Positions 39,226 to 54,408 of a stretch of DNA of 64,000 nucleotides are shown in pieces (positions within the stretch are counted from its first letter, which is position 1; every line of letters starts with the position of its first letter). The notes beneath the pieces were generated by a model, which made no database searches, was not told the DNA's origin, and was given only the letters and a program-made list of their open reading frames with translations. Made by a program: the position numbers and the translations under genes. Location: the NCBI RefSeq assembly GCF_025526975.1, contig NW_026515668.1, positions 1,612,001 to 1,676,000 of the forward strand, read 5' to 3'. Source of the stretch: Fimicolochytrium jonesii (Eukaryota).

Positions 39226-42200
39226 ATGGCAGGCTCTCGCTTTCGTGCGGCCTGTCCGTTATCTGCCGCCGCCCTAGCGGTGGTTGATGATATGATAGCT
39301 TTTCCCGCTCCAGGAAGCCAAAAGGGTTCGTCAGCAATCTCACTGGTGCAGCTCGAGGGGGGCCTGGAGAGTGAAACGCAGCCTGGCCTTTGTACAGAGC
39401 AATCTAGGTTCCATTGCAAAGCAATTCAAGCATTGTGCTTTGGTTCGCGATCTGTACCTCGCCGAAGACTATTCTCCGCGTCGAGTGATGCCCTGTGTAT
39501 GTGGCAGCTCACCGTTGACTTGGGGACAGTGGTGATAGAGTCCGAGGAGCTGATAAAAGAGGAAGTTGGACCTGTTGCATGGATCAGTGTCAATTCTGCA
39601 GATACCTGGATTGCGTGTGCGGTGAATGATGCGGTGCATGTCCTGCATGTCAAGACCGGACGATCGATTGTGTTACAAGGGCACCTCGGAAGGGTCAGTG
39701 GATGTGAATTCTTCACTCCGCTACCTGATGCGCCCGACCTGGCCGCTTGGCTCATATCTGTGTCGGATGACCGGACTTTCAAGAGTAAGACGAAGCTTGT
39801 TGCACTGTTTCAATTAGGATTCGCTAGCTCTTGCAGTGGCGAGCATTGAAACATTCATTAACGGGTTATTTTCGTTCAGGGTAGTCTGGGACATCCAGAA
39901 TGCTTCATGTCTGTATCAATCGACGATTCTATCGCCTTCACTGCTGACGACAGTGGCTCTTAGCCCCGACCGATTCTGTCTGGGCTCGGAGGACGGCATA
40001 CTTCGCTTTTTCGAATGGACGCCCCGCCGAGGAAATCCATGCGAACCAAGGTGCTTGAAAGTCGTGAATGCGGCGGATCACTTGAAACAAGCTATGCAGG
40101 CTAAAGTCACGAAAGCCGCCGAACAGGAGCCCGAGGTCACCTATGTGCATTCGCGACAACCGCGGCCACGCAACATCACGCCCATCACTGACGATGAAAA
40201 TGATGCCGATGAAGTGGAGCAATCGGCAGCCATATTGGCGCTCAGCTACAGCGTGTTTTCGCCCAGCTGGAGGGACAGAGTGGACGGATCACAGAGAACG
40301 GATCTGCAGGCTCCTGGGCTAAAGAGCAATCGGCATCTCGTTGTGGGAGTTGCGAGCGGAATTATTGTGCTAGAAGCAGCGACCTACGAAAGACTGGCAT
40401 TCGTTGCGTTTGATGGGGGTGACGCAGAGGTGGCTGGTGCCTACGCAATAGCGAAGGAAACTCCCCGACCTATGACTTGCCACATTGCCATTGGAAACCG
40501 CTTTTCGGGCAATGTACGGAGCTTGGACGTGGTTCTAGCCCCACCACAGGAGAGATCTGCCGCGCCACCAGCTTTCGACATACCTCAGTCTTTGCAGTCT
40601 GTGGTGAAGACCGCCGTAGCGGCCAACTTGAAGGGTGACTGGGGTAACAACGCTTACGCGGATTGCCTGACCAAGCTTGCGAAAGTTGGGATTCGATCAC
40701 TGCATGATTTGGCAACTGCGGCTGAGCGCGGCAGCGACATTCTGTCGAGCGTACCAGCGTTTGTGCAAAGCGCATTGGAACAGGCTTCAGGAAGGAGCGC
40801 TGCCGCAACGTTGACCACTCTCACATCATTTTCGGCGCCGAAAGATGCGAACTTCGATGCGAAGTCGCCGTTGAAGCCGAAAACCCCGAAACCGCTAGGC
40901 CCACCAGCTACGCGGTCCGGCAGGTCAAGCGTTGCATCGAAGCGAGGCGCGCCCATTAAAGTAGCGACAGCACCACCCCCGCGAGATAAGCCGGTCACGT
41001 TCCACGACACTGTAAAGTCTTCGGGTTATCTCCGAGCTCCACAAAACACAATGTTCTCTCCACGCACGTCCTCCGCGACAACCAGGTGGGCCAAAGTAGG
41101 AAAGGCGAAGGTTCCAGCGCGGTTGCAACCCATCGCTCCACCGCCGGCGTACCACAACCGGGAAGCCAACATCAAAGCGATGAAACCTACACCAGCCGTC
41201 TATCACAATGCGTCCATCACGTGTATAAAGAGCAGTGCAAGTGGCAAATCAATTGCCTCGGCGTCCGCTGATCGCACCGTGCGGTATCACCGGGTTACTA
41301 GCCCCGCTGATTCCGTCAAGTCACTGATGGGCCATGATGCACCTGTGACGACCGTATCGTGGAGCGCTCTGAAGACTGGTCCGTTTGATCAGCTGTTGCT
41401 TACTTCAGCTATGGATGGGACAGTGAAGCTGTGGGCTGTGGGAGCATCCGAGCCGCTCCTAACGTTCCGAGAGATTGCAGGTAGCGGCAGCAAAGCGGTG
41501 GTGGGGAAATTGCCGGCGACGAGAATCACTACAGGTGGAAGCCACGGAACACCTGCACAAGCTACAACCCCAAAAACATTCATGCGCGACATTTCCACGG
41601 CACGCTTCTTCCACCAAGATCGCCTCATCGCCATTCCGTCCGGGCCTGCCCTACACCTGTACACATACGCGCTCGAGAAACCGCCCGCAGGGTCCGTACA
41701 GCCCAATCTCAACTACAACACATATCGCCTCGCTACTACCCTGACGGCATCAGCGCATAACGTCACTACCGTCGCCTGCATCAACTCCTTTCGCTCACAT
41801 CTCGTCATCAGCGCCATGTCGGATAAGACTGTGCAGATATGGGACGTGGCGCAGTGTACGAGCGTCCGCACTGTCCCGCATGCACAGGAACGTGCGGTGC
41901 ATTGTATTGCTTTGCCGGATTATAATGCCGGTGATGCAGGTGCAGCTGCGACGTATTTTACGGCGGCGGTTACGGACTCGATCAAGATGTGGGATTTGAG
42001 GGCCGAGAAGGCTGTCTTGCATTTGCATGGCCATGTGAATCGTCATGCGAAGGTAGCATGCTGTGTGTCGCCGTGTGGAAGGTATTTGGTGACTGGATCC
42101 GAGGTAATGGCCCACTCGCGCACACAACTTCGCTGTCGCTGCTTTGACTGACGTTTGCCCATCTCCAGGATAACCACGCGTATCTATACGATGTTAGACA

Positions 42201-42324
42201 AGGCCGTGTGTTGGACAGATTAGGCGGACACTCGGATGTGGCCTCTGCGGTTGACTTCAATCCAGTACAGCGAGTCATTACGACTGCCGGGTATGATGGG
42301 AAGGTTTGCTCCTTTACGTATTAG
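39226..42324 (+). CDS. WDR27: WD40-repeat protein, WDR27-like; 3 exons
   Basis: Two WD40 clusters separated by a Pro/Lys-rich linker containing DKPVTFH..KSSGY. The C-terminal segments INSFRSHLVI, DSIKMWDLR and SPCGRYLVTGSED resemble WDR27. Confidence 0.75.
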
Positions 42325-42739
42325 CCACTGCTAGAGCGGCATCCTGTTGGTGTACGACGTAATTTGAATTTCTCCACGCGTATGAGCATTGAGCATCATT
42401 GGCGGTCGTACGAAACAAGGAAGCTGTCGTGTTCTTATACATAATCTCTCACTTATGACGTTGCAATATACCTCAAATCTGAAGATGTGCTTTTCGCTTT
42501 CCCCTATCCCGTGGTCCCCAGGGTCACCGAACAGTTGCGAAGGCACGAAGCTTTGGCCATAGCTTTCCAACCAAATTTCCGCATGGGCTCGGGACACTGC
42601 GCGAGACCGGTGTCGCTCCAACTTGCACACGAAAATTTGAACGCGTGTGCCGTTGCCGTCCTTACATCGCCGTCCACTGACCACATCCGCAAAACTTTTC
42701 ATCCGATATGACATCGTTAAAACACACCATGATATCGGC

Positions 42740-42810
42740 GCAATGGTGGTTTAGTGGCATAATTACCGCCTGCCACGCGGTAGACCCGAGTTCGATTCTC
42801 GGCCATTGCA
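42740..42810 (+). tRNA. tRNA-Gly, anticodon GCC
   Basis: GCAATGG/CCATTGC acceptor stem, ACCGC-CTGCCAC-GCGGT anticodon arm, CCGAG-TTCGATT-CTCGG T arm. Confidence 0.96.
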
Positions 42811-43073
42811 AAGTATCGCTGGCGAGCATCCCGAGAGGTGCTATGTGTGAGGTGTCCGCTGTAGAGGTGACCGCATTTCTCTTTTGTTAAGATTTCCAAG
42901 ATGTCCGTTTTTCTGTCTGGTTGACAGCTTACGTGACGTTTTCGACAGCGCGTCTCGACGCGGCGAAGGACTCCGACAACGAGAGTTTTTTGTTCGAGGC
43001 CGAAACGCTGAGACAACTGCTAGTGCGATCCCATAGGATCATCACTCAAACCTACGGACAACAGAGTTGCAAA

Positions 43074-45453
43074 ATGGCGGCAACAGTAGCAGCCCCAGTG
43101 GTTGTTGTGGAGAATGATTTTCAGCCGCTTCAGTTGGAGAGTATCATTGGATTTAGTGGTAAGAAGACCTGTTGAGGAGTACCAATTAAGCGAGATGCAA
43201 TGGCCCACACCCAGCCTTGCCTTCCCACCCGTAGGATCCGTTCCCGATGGCTACATCAAGCACCCGAACGGCATCCACACGATCTACTCCCTAGGCTCGA
43301 CCGTAGTAGTGAACGAACCGCGCAAGCCCAACTCACAGGAATTTCTGCAAGGGCACACCAATGCCATCAGCTGCCTTGCCGTCAACAAAACCGGCACGCT
43401 GGTGGCCAGCGGACAGGTCACGCACATGGGGTTTCAGGCCGACATCATCATCTGGGACTTTGCAACGCGCCAGCCCGTGCATCGTTTCGCTCTGCACAAG
43501 GTCAAAGTGCAGGCGCTGGCGTTCTCACCCCGCTCGCTGTATTTGGCGTCTTTGGGCGGTGAGGACGACAATTCCATCATTGTGTGGGATTTGGTGAAGG
43601 GCGCGGCGATCTGTGGCTCGCCGGCGTCAAAGGACTCGACGGGCGCGACGCTGTGTCTCGCGTATCTCAACCGCGACGACACGTCCTTTGTAACGGGAGG
43701 CAATGGCACGTTGAGGGTGTGGGAACTAAACGCTGTTGCGAGAAAGGTGCGCCCAACAGATGTGGTGACGGGTCAAATCAAGCGGATTGTGAAGTGTGTG
43801 GTTATCGATAAACTGGATGAGTATATGTATTGCGGAACCACGACGGGCGATTTGTTGCAGTGCAAGATTAGCAACAAATTGTTCAAGTTAAGCGGGCCTC
43901 CGAAGGAAAAGGTACGGGTTGTGCCAGGATTGGTTTCTCACGAGGGAGGCTTTCTGAAATGGGATAACCGATTTCTAGGACCGCCTTGGAATGGGCATCG
44001 TATCTTTGGCGCTGGCACCAAAAGATCAAAGCATCATCGTAGGAAGCGGCGATGGCACCATCGCAGCATTCAAACTGCCCAACTTGAACATCGTCAAGTA
44101 CGTCTGCACGACTGATGATTACTTTCTAGTGAACACTCCTTACCAGCGCCGATTTCTAACTTCTATATCGTAGGTCAGCGAAGCTAAGCGGGACCGTCAC
44201 GTCCATAACGTTCGAGAACGACACCCGCTTCCACGCATCCACCGCTTTCTCAAACATATACGAGATCAACACGAACGAATTCACTCCACAGCTGAAGCTC
44301 GCTTGTCACTATGCGCCCATCAATGACATAACATATCCAGAGTACGTCCTGACTTTCGCATCCATACAATGGATCCATATTGATATTCGTATTTGCCCTC
44401 CAGACATTCTTCGGACGTCTTTGCCACAGCCTCCGACACAGACATCCGGATCTGGAACGCGCAAACGTCCGCAGAACTTCTGCGGATTGCGGTTCCCAAC
44501 CTGGAATGCAAATGCATTGTATTCAAAAAGGACGGAACGTCGCTCATCACGGGTTGGAACGATGGAAAGATCCGTGCGTTTGGACCGCAGAGTGGGCGTT
44601 TGCAGTATGAGATCGGGGATGCGCATAAGGGATGCGTGACGGCTTTGGCGGTTACGGAGTGCTGGAATGAGGGTGGGGAGTTCAGGCTTATCAGTGGAGG
44701 GGCAGGTAAGGAGACAGGTTATTTGCACTTCGAGACGAGACGAGAGCTCAACGCCTTTCGTGACAATCAGACGGCCAAGTACGAGTGTGGCGCATCACGG
44801 CAACGCACCGACGGCTTGAGGAGGCCATGAAAGAGCACAAAGGCACAATTACGGCCATTAAGATCCGCAAAACAGACCTTGAATGTGTCTCCTCGTCGTC
44901 CGATGGGTCGTGTATCGTGTGGGATCTAATGCGATACGTGCGGAATCAGATCTTGTTTGCGCCGAGTTTCTTCAAAGCTGTGTCGTATTATCCGGATGAG
45001 AGTCAGTTGTTAACGAGCGGGACGGATCGAAAGGTGGCGTAAGAGCGGCTTTAACGACAGGCATCTCGTGAAAATGGATGCTGACCGAGGAACCATTGCT
45101 AGGTCGGGTACTGGGAAGCGTTCGACGGATCACTTATCCGGGAGCTAGAAGCATCACAATCTGACACTATCAACGGACTTGACATAACGGCTGATGGCAA
45201 ATACTTTGTCATTGGAGGAAGCGACAAGCTCGTCAAGGTACGGTATATTGTCGATTGAGAGTTACTCCTTTTCAACACTAACATTGCAATTCAGGTTTAT
45301 CTCTACGAGGAAGGCTCGATCGCATTCGTTGGCGTCGGCCATTCGACGGACATTACAAAGGTGAAAATCTCACCAGATCAGCGCAAGATCGTCACCGTCA
45401 GTGCGGACGGAGCCATATTTTCTTGGAAGTTCGGGGAGGGGATTACAGCGTGA
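43074..45453 (+). CDS. CFAP52: Cilia- and flagella-associated protein 52 (WDR16), axonemal microtubule inner protein; multi-exon
   Basis: LQLESIIGFSG, QEFLQGHTN, ASGQVTHMGFQADIIIWD, LHKVKVQALAFSP, GTTTGD, GWNDGKIRAFGPQSG, DGSCIVWDL, TSGTDRK. Confidence 0.92.
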
Positions 45454-45581
45454 TTTGAGCCCCTCGTTGTGAATGCTTTGTTTTATAAATATACAGTTAC
45501 ATCTAGGAGCAATGAACGGTGGTCTGCAGACGCAAAAGTTCCTCAACAGTGAAGGACAACCGATACCGACGAATTCCAGCG

Positions 45582-46591
45582 CTAGCTCAGACGCATGGGG
45601 TCAGGAGATGGGCTTCTTCTTCCGGACTGATTTTCACGGCGTCCTGAACCTAGACAGTGCGCCGGCTGCAGTGCTTTGCGAACCTGTCCCACCGTACAGG
45701 GCGTCCTCATACTCAATGACCTCCTGTAGGAATCGTTCCGGTATTTGGAAGGTCGGCAGAAAGGCGAAGTTCGGAAGATCGACAAGAATCCATGTACAGT
45801 CTGCGGCCCCTCAGCACCGCCCGAAGAAGTCATATCGGCTCGCGGAGTATCGGCCGGTTGGTTCGGGCCCATCAGAAAGTGCCATTGCGCAACTGCCATT
45901 AGTGCATTGAAATGAGAAGATTCTTGATGGGGGCGTCCTCGTTCTCCAGATGATCGCCACGTCAGTGTGGTGGTACTTCCTGAACTCCTGGGATCCAGAC
46001 GCATTGAAGAACTTCCACGGCTGGTAGCATGGAACAATGAGCATTGACGTGAAAACACTCACTACGGTCTTGGTGTCTACACACCAGTCATACTTCACAA
46101 AGGTCTGATGGGTGATTGGGGCAAAGCGTCAAACCAGTACGGGGGTCATGCACCCCTTTGAGCGACCGGGTAAAACTCCAGCGTCGCAATACAGGCTTGG
46201 AAGTCTTGAGCTGTGACGATGGACGTTAGAACTCAGAACCAGTAACACAGGGATACAAGTAACGTTGACGTGCGATCGCTTCGCCATCATTGGAGTGTGG
46301 GAAGATGTGGGCTGCCTGCAGAACCAGGGGTGAACTCCGTCTACAGACGACGCACCGACCTCCATCCCGGGTCCGTGTGTTTGCCACGAAAACGCTGCTT
46401 GGGGTTGAGAACGCCATGGGTCCCCTCAGCATCCGAATCAGCGTTCGAGTGTAAGGTTGGGGAGGGCCATCGTTGCTTGCCGACTTGAAAACTTGGAATT
46501 GTGAGCTCGAGTTGGAGAAGTTAAATCCTCCGGCACGTGATGCGCTTGCTCGAGTTTTTTCGGGGTCCGAAAGCCGTCGCGTTGCCCGCAT
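45582..46591 (-). pseudogene. Degenerate HNH endonuclease-domain gene
   Basis: RDGGRCVVC..LQAAHIFP, then TGLTLCPNH / HQTFVKYDWCVD joined only by removing one base at ~46110-46112. Outer boundaries are approximate. Confidence 0.62.
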
Positions 46592-46756
46592 TTTCCTTTC
46601 TTGGAACCACCTTCTAGGCTCATATATAAGGACTGGTTCTCGTCTTTCTCACTTATCGTCATGCTCGCCGCCCACTCAGAAGCGCCGCCGGCAGCCCCTT
46701 CTTTCTTGGGCAACTCACGCAGGCCTGATATAGGGGGCCGGCTGCGTCAGTCCGCT

Positions 46757-49410
46757 ATGCCAGACGATGACTTTCCAGATCAATCGCGTGCCGCCATCTT
46801 CGCCGACGCGTGTAAGTTCAGGAGCATATATGGGCTGTCTCATATCTCTTGTCTTGGTATTGTTCCTCATGTCGCCCCTCTTTCTTTTCTACGGACTTAT
46901 TTGTTACGGCCAGTTTCAACCGGCCGATTTTCGGACATTATGCTGATAGCACACAATCAAGTGTACCGCCTACATCGCGTCATTTTGATCCAGTCGCCTT
47001 TCTTCCGACGAATGTTGCTGGATCAGACCGGCAAAGAAGTGGTCGTTGTTGAAGGATCCATGGGAATCGAGATGGGTGGTGATTGGAGGGTGGCCAAAGA
47101 GGGGATGGACGTGAGTGTGAAATTGCGATGTGTTCGATCCCAAAAAGTTTGCTCTTTCGGCTAATTTCAGTTTGGAATTGATGCGCACGATAGCTCTCTC
47201 TTAGGGATCTATACATTCCTCCATCGTACCGCCCCAAGCACGTCACTTACCGAAATGCGCTCACCGTTTTGCCGGCGGCATGCTATCTCGAACTCAGCTC
47301 CCTATCGCATTTCTGCGTCGACGTGGTACTGAAGACCTTGTCGACAGAGACAGTGGTAGATTATGCATCCCAGCTCGAAAGGCTTCGACCCTCACCTCGT
47401 GGGATCACGTCTCCGTACGGGCCGAATCACCAGTATGCGAAGCTTTTCAGAGACTGCTACACGGAACTGTACGATGCGATTTTGTGCTTTATCTGTGGGG
47501 TGATCAACTCTGGATTGTCCTCGGAGGATGCAGTTGCGAGCGCGCAATGGGAGGGTGAGCAGGAAGTGGAACAGGACAAGAGATCTATCGCGGCTGAACA
47601 GCTTCTGGCAAAGCTTCCGCTGTGCTGGATTCGACGTGTGTTGGAAAGTGATTTGTTGAGTGTGCCCAACGAGTTTGAGCGATATGAACTCATCAAGAGG
47701 GTTGTGAAGATGCGGCGTGTGAAGACGACAATTGAGGAACGATCATTCAAGCGGGAGAATTCCTACGAGCCGCAGGATGAGATCGACGTTTCGGTTTGGA
47801 GCGAAGCGGAGACGGGCAGCATCGGGCAACGGGATATACCCGCCGCTGCACAAGCTGATGTGGTCACGCGGAACGCCCTCGCCGCCGAAAGCGTGTTCCG
47901 CTTGCGCAACTACGTTGGCAGGCTATTTGGGCGCGGGGCGCAAACAGCTGAGGCAGCTTCCCCAACCGGCAATCCGGCTCAAAGGAAACGCAAGCGATCC
48001 GGCAGCGATGTTGAGAACGATCACCCCTCTGCTGATGAAGATGAGTTTGTTGATGCACCGGAAGCGGCCGGGATATCCACTCCTCGTCCCGCGCGTTTCG
48101 TTCGACGTACCCCAGTTCTACGCAGCCCGGCCCGGACGCCCACCTCAAGTATGTCGCACAATCAATCATACAATACATCGACCATTGTGCACACTCACTA
48201 CGGCTTGGGCACCCTTCCTTCTTCTGCGGGCGCGTCAGCTGAGGACACGGTCATGGCGGGCATCTTCCAAACCGCCGTAGTATATACCTATATGACCTTT
48301 CCCCAGCTGGAACTGGTCAAGCAAGACGGGATCGTGCCTGATGCCGTTGTGCTGGAGAGTTTTTGGCTGCAGGCTCAGTTGATGAATGGGGGAACGGGTG
48401 GTACGAGTGGATTGGGCGCCTCGATGCGACCCTTGGGTAGTATCGGGAATGGGTTCATGCAGCAGGGGCGGCGTGGTGGTCCCGTTGGGGCACCGCACAA
48501 TGCAACGAATTTTGGAAAGTACCGATTCGCGATCGAGTTCAAGAACGTGCAGGAGTATTTCTTGGGACCAGCGCAACCAGGTCGATCTCGCCACGGCAAG
48601 GAGCCGAGTCTTTACCCCACCGTGGAGGAGGTGACTGAGGCCCGGAAAGCCAAAAGCGCCCGCAGTGCGACGGTCATGACCTCCGAGTCTGTCATTTGCG
48701 CTGGATTGCATTACAGAGTGCTGCTCAGCTTGTGCACAGAAGATGAGGTGGAGGAAGCTGGGATTGATGAAAATGAGGAATGCGATGCTTTGGATGATAG
48801 CCGCTCGTCGCCTGCGAAGCGAGGAGATGCACCCGCGACTTCGAAGAAGCAGGCACCACGGCTTATGCTTCGTGCGCTCCTCCAACGCAACAAAATCGTT
48901 GATAAACGCGCTCAAAAGCAGGCGGCAACGACAGACGAAAATGGAGCGGGCCCGTCCACTTCTTCGGGTGCGGCACCCCCCAACCTATCATCGAGCTCTA
49001 CGACACCTGCTATCTCTTACCGCATCCATCTATTCAACCCTCGTGACTTCAACGTCGACCCGGCACCGCCTTCAACATCAGACATTTTGACAGCCGATAT
49101 TACTGGTCCACCGGCCCGCGCCGGAACTGTGAACCCGCCGGCTGCGGGACCATCATCTTCTACGGCACCGAGCACGATGACGATTAACAAGCAATTCAAC
49201 CGATGGCGGCGTTTCGGGAAGCCCGTCACGAAATGCGATTTTGATGGAGACGGATTTGTGAAGGGCGTGCCTCTGAGTGATGTTGTTGCGGGCGGCGGTA
49301 CAGGCGACGCTGTTGAGCTGGCCGGAGCGGCTGTCGGCGGGAAGAACGCGGGCAGTAAGGATACTGTTGGTGGTGATCTGTGGGCGATTGTTGTCATTGA
49401 GTTCAAATGA
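46757..49410 (+). CDS. BTB/POZ (BACK-like) domain protein, probable Cul3 adaptor
   Basis: FSDIMLIAHNQVYRLHRVILIQSPFF (BTB start), VLPAACYLEL..FC, VLESDLLSVPNEFERY, YTYMTFPQL, YRFAIEF; long last exon ending 49410. Confidence 0.8.
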
Positions 49411-49750
49411 GCGTCGTGGTGTGGATTGATGTAGACTGGCAGAGAGTGCGGGCCGGTGCCGAGTAGCGGAGGTCTTAGATTTATCATGTATGTATGTGTG
49501 CATGCGTGTAATGTGTAATAGATAGTGTGTTTTCGAGGCCTTTTCTTTGACAGCTTCGTTTTGCGAACCGATTGACGGGTGAGCCCAGAACCGACTTCGT
49601 GGTAGCAAACGCGACTCCCGTGCGCTGCCACATGCGCCACACTGCAAGCCACATTGCAATCGTCGAGCACTTGTACAAACTAGCTTGCCATTTGCAGTTT
49701 GTTCGGAGACAACCCGCATTGTGCACAGCATTCTCAGTGAATAGCACAAG

Positions 49751-51143
49751 ATGGCCAAAAGGGTATGCAGAAGAGAGTCGCTTCGACGATAAATGATAGC
49801 ATATTCGAAGCAAAGCGCTAACCGTCTGTCTGTTTGTAGAAAAAGAAGAGGACGCACGTCAAGCCCGACGAGGCAGCTATCGCCAAAGTCCCGAAATCCT
49901 TCGTCATCAAGGTCGGGCCGGTCGGGAGGAGTCTGGCGCACTTGGTGAAGGATGTCAGGAGGGCTATGGAACCGAACACGGCCATGAACCTGCGGGTAAG
50001 TCTGGTAGTATGAATTCTCAAACGAGAGTAGTGAAATGGTGACTTACGACCGTTGGGTTCTGCAGGAACGCAAAGGCAACAAACTCAAAGACTTCGTCGC
50101 CGTCGCCAGTCAACTCTCCGTCACGCACCTACTCCTCTTCTCACGCACGGCCGCCGGTGTAAATCTCCGAATTGGGAGGTTGCCACGCGGTCCCACCCTC
50201 ACCTTCCGCGTAACGTCGTACGGTCTATCAACCGACGTGCTGGCGTTGCAGAACAGGCCGAAATCGCCGGGATTCGAGTTCAAGACGGCGCCGTTGGTGG
50301 TGCTGAATGGGTTTGGTGGGGACGACAAACATGTCAAGTTGATGGCGACTATGTTTCAGAATATGTTTCCGCCGATTCAAGTCCAGACGGTGAGTCGGGG
50401 AAATCGGCGATACATCATGTATCCCTCCTTGGGAACGAGTGAGCTCATCGAACTTTCTTCAAAAAAGATGAAACTCGCCGACGCCCGCCGCGTGATCCTC
50501 TTCAACCTCAACAAAGAAACCAACGAAGTCGAGTTCCGGCACTACACCATCAGCGTCAAAGTAACCGGCGTCAGCAAAAGCGTCAAAACCATTATCCAAA
50601 CCGACGTTCCCGACCTCGGGCGCTACAACGACATCAGCGACTACATCCTCAAAGGCGCATTCGCATCCGAGAGCGATGTCGAGGATGCCGGTGAATCCAC
50701 CGTCACGCTGTCGCAGAAGTATATTGGGAAGGGGAATAGGCAGGCGGAGCAACGCGCGATTCGGTTGGTGGAGATGGGACCGAGGATCCAGCTGTCGCTT
50801 TTGAAGATTCAGGCGGGGCTTTGTGAGGGAGAGGTTATTTATCACTCGATTGGTATGACACATCCCCGCATGTCTCACCGTCACTTCCCTTGGTCCAGCC
50901 GCTTATACATGTGTTCTGTTTTTAGTGCAAAAAACACCTGCACAGGTCAAGGAACAGGAATGCCGTCTCCAGAAAGCAAACGCTGAACGGGCCCGCCGGA
51001 GAGCTGAGCAGGAAAAGAACGTTGCAGCTAAGAAGCAGGCTGAGGGCGGTGATAATGACGATGATGCGGAGGAGGCGGAGGAAGAGGAAGACGACGATGA
51101 TGATGCTATGGATGTCGACGAGGATGAAGGGGATGAGGAGTAG
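49751..51143 (+). CDS. SSF1: Ssf1/Peter pan Brix-domain ribosome biogenesis factor; multi-exon
   Basis: MAKR/KKKRTH, PKSFVI, DVRRAMEPNTA, ERKGNKLKDF, PRGPTLTF, FRHY, AIRLVEMGPR and an acidic tail. Confidence 0.93.
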
Positions 51144-51595
51144 ATACCGGCTGTAAAGACCTTTCTTCGTCCGCTTGCGAAGGACATACCCTGTCGCCTG
51201 CCAAACCGGAGATGGAGTCGGAGAACGGGGAAACCTGCTTCCCATCTTCGTAAAAACGACTTTCGAGGCGTCTTTGGGCAGTCCCGCCAAGCTCTCACTC
51301 GCGGCCATGAGTGAAGCCCCCCGCACAGTCGCATATCCCTCGTCGATGGAGTCCCCCGTCCTTGACACCTCACATCAATAAGCATAGTGTCAGAAAGAAA
51401 ACATATGTAGCACCACCTCTTTTTGGGCAAGAAGCAAAATCACGAAAACCGTAGATAGTCCTATCTAGCAAATCCTATATATTTATCTTTTCGCAAGGAA
51501 ATCTGCTCGCTGTTTCCGCCGTTGGTACATGAGAAACGGAGCAAGCAAAAAAGCGGAGGGAACGCGATTGATAAACGGGGATAGACTGAACCCTA

Positions 51596-54060
<2,465 letters not shown>

Positions 54061-54408
54061 GGCGGTGCGTTCGAGGACTGACCAAGCTCGGAGGACTACG
54101 ATGGAAACGGAGAGTCCTGGACTGCCTGTATTTTGGAATGAGTGACAACAGGGAGCTTGCGGAGTCTTGGGGAGCTATTTGTTGGGTGGATGTCGGGTGT
54201 GTGCTGAGGGTGGAGATTTGGGCAAGTTTGGGTGCCCAAATCGTCAGTCTGCGATCTCAGAACGTGCGCGCGCGAAATAGAGTACAGTAGCTTCCCGATG
54301 CTGTCCTGATTGATGAGAGTCCTCGGGCGAAAAGCGCGTCCTCTCAGACCCTCTCAGACTTTCTCGCAGCCTTCCTCCACAAATCTTCACTAGGAACAGC
54401 CTCCCGTC

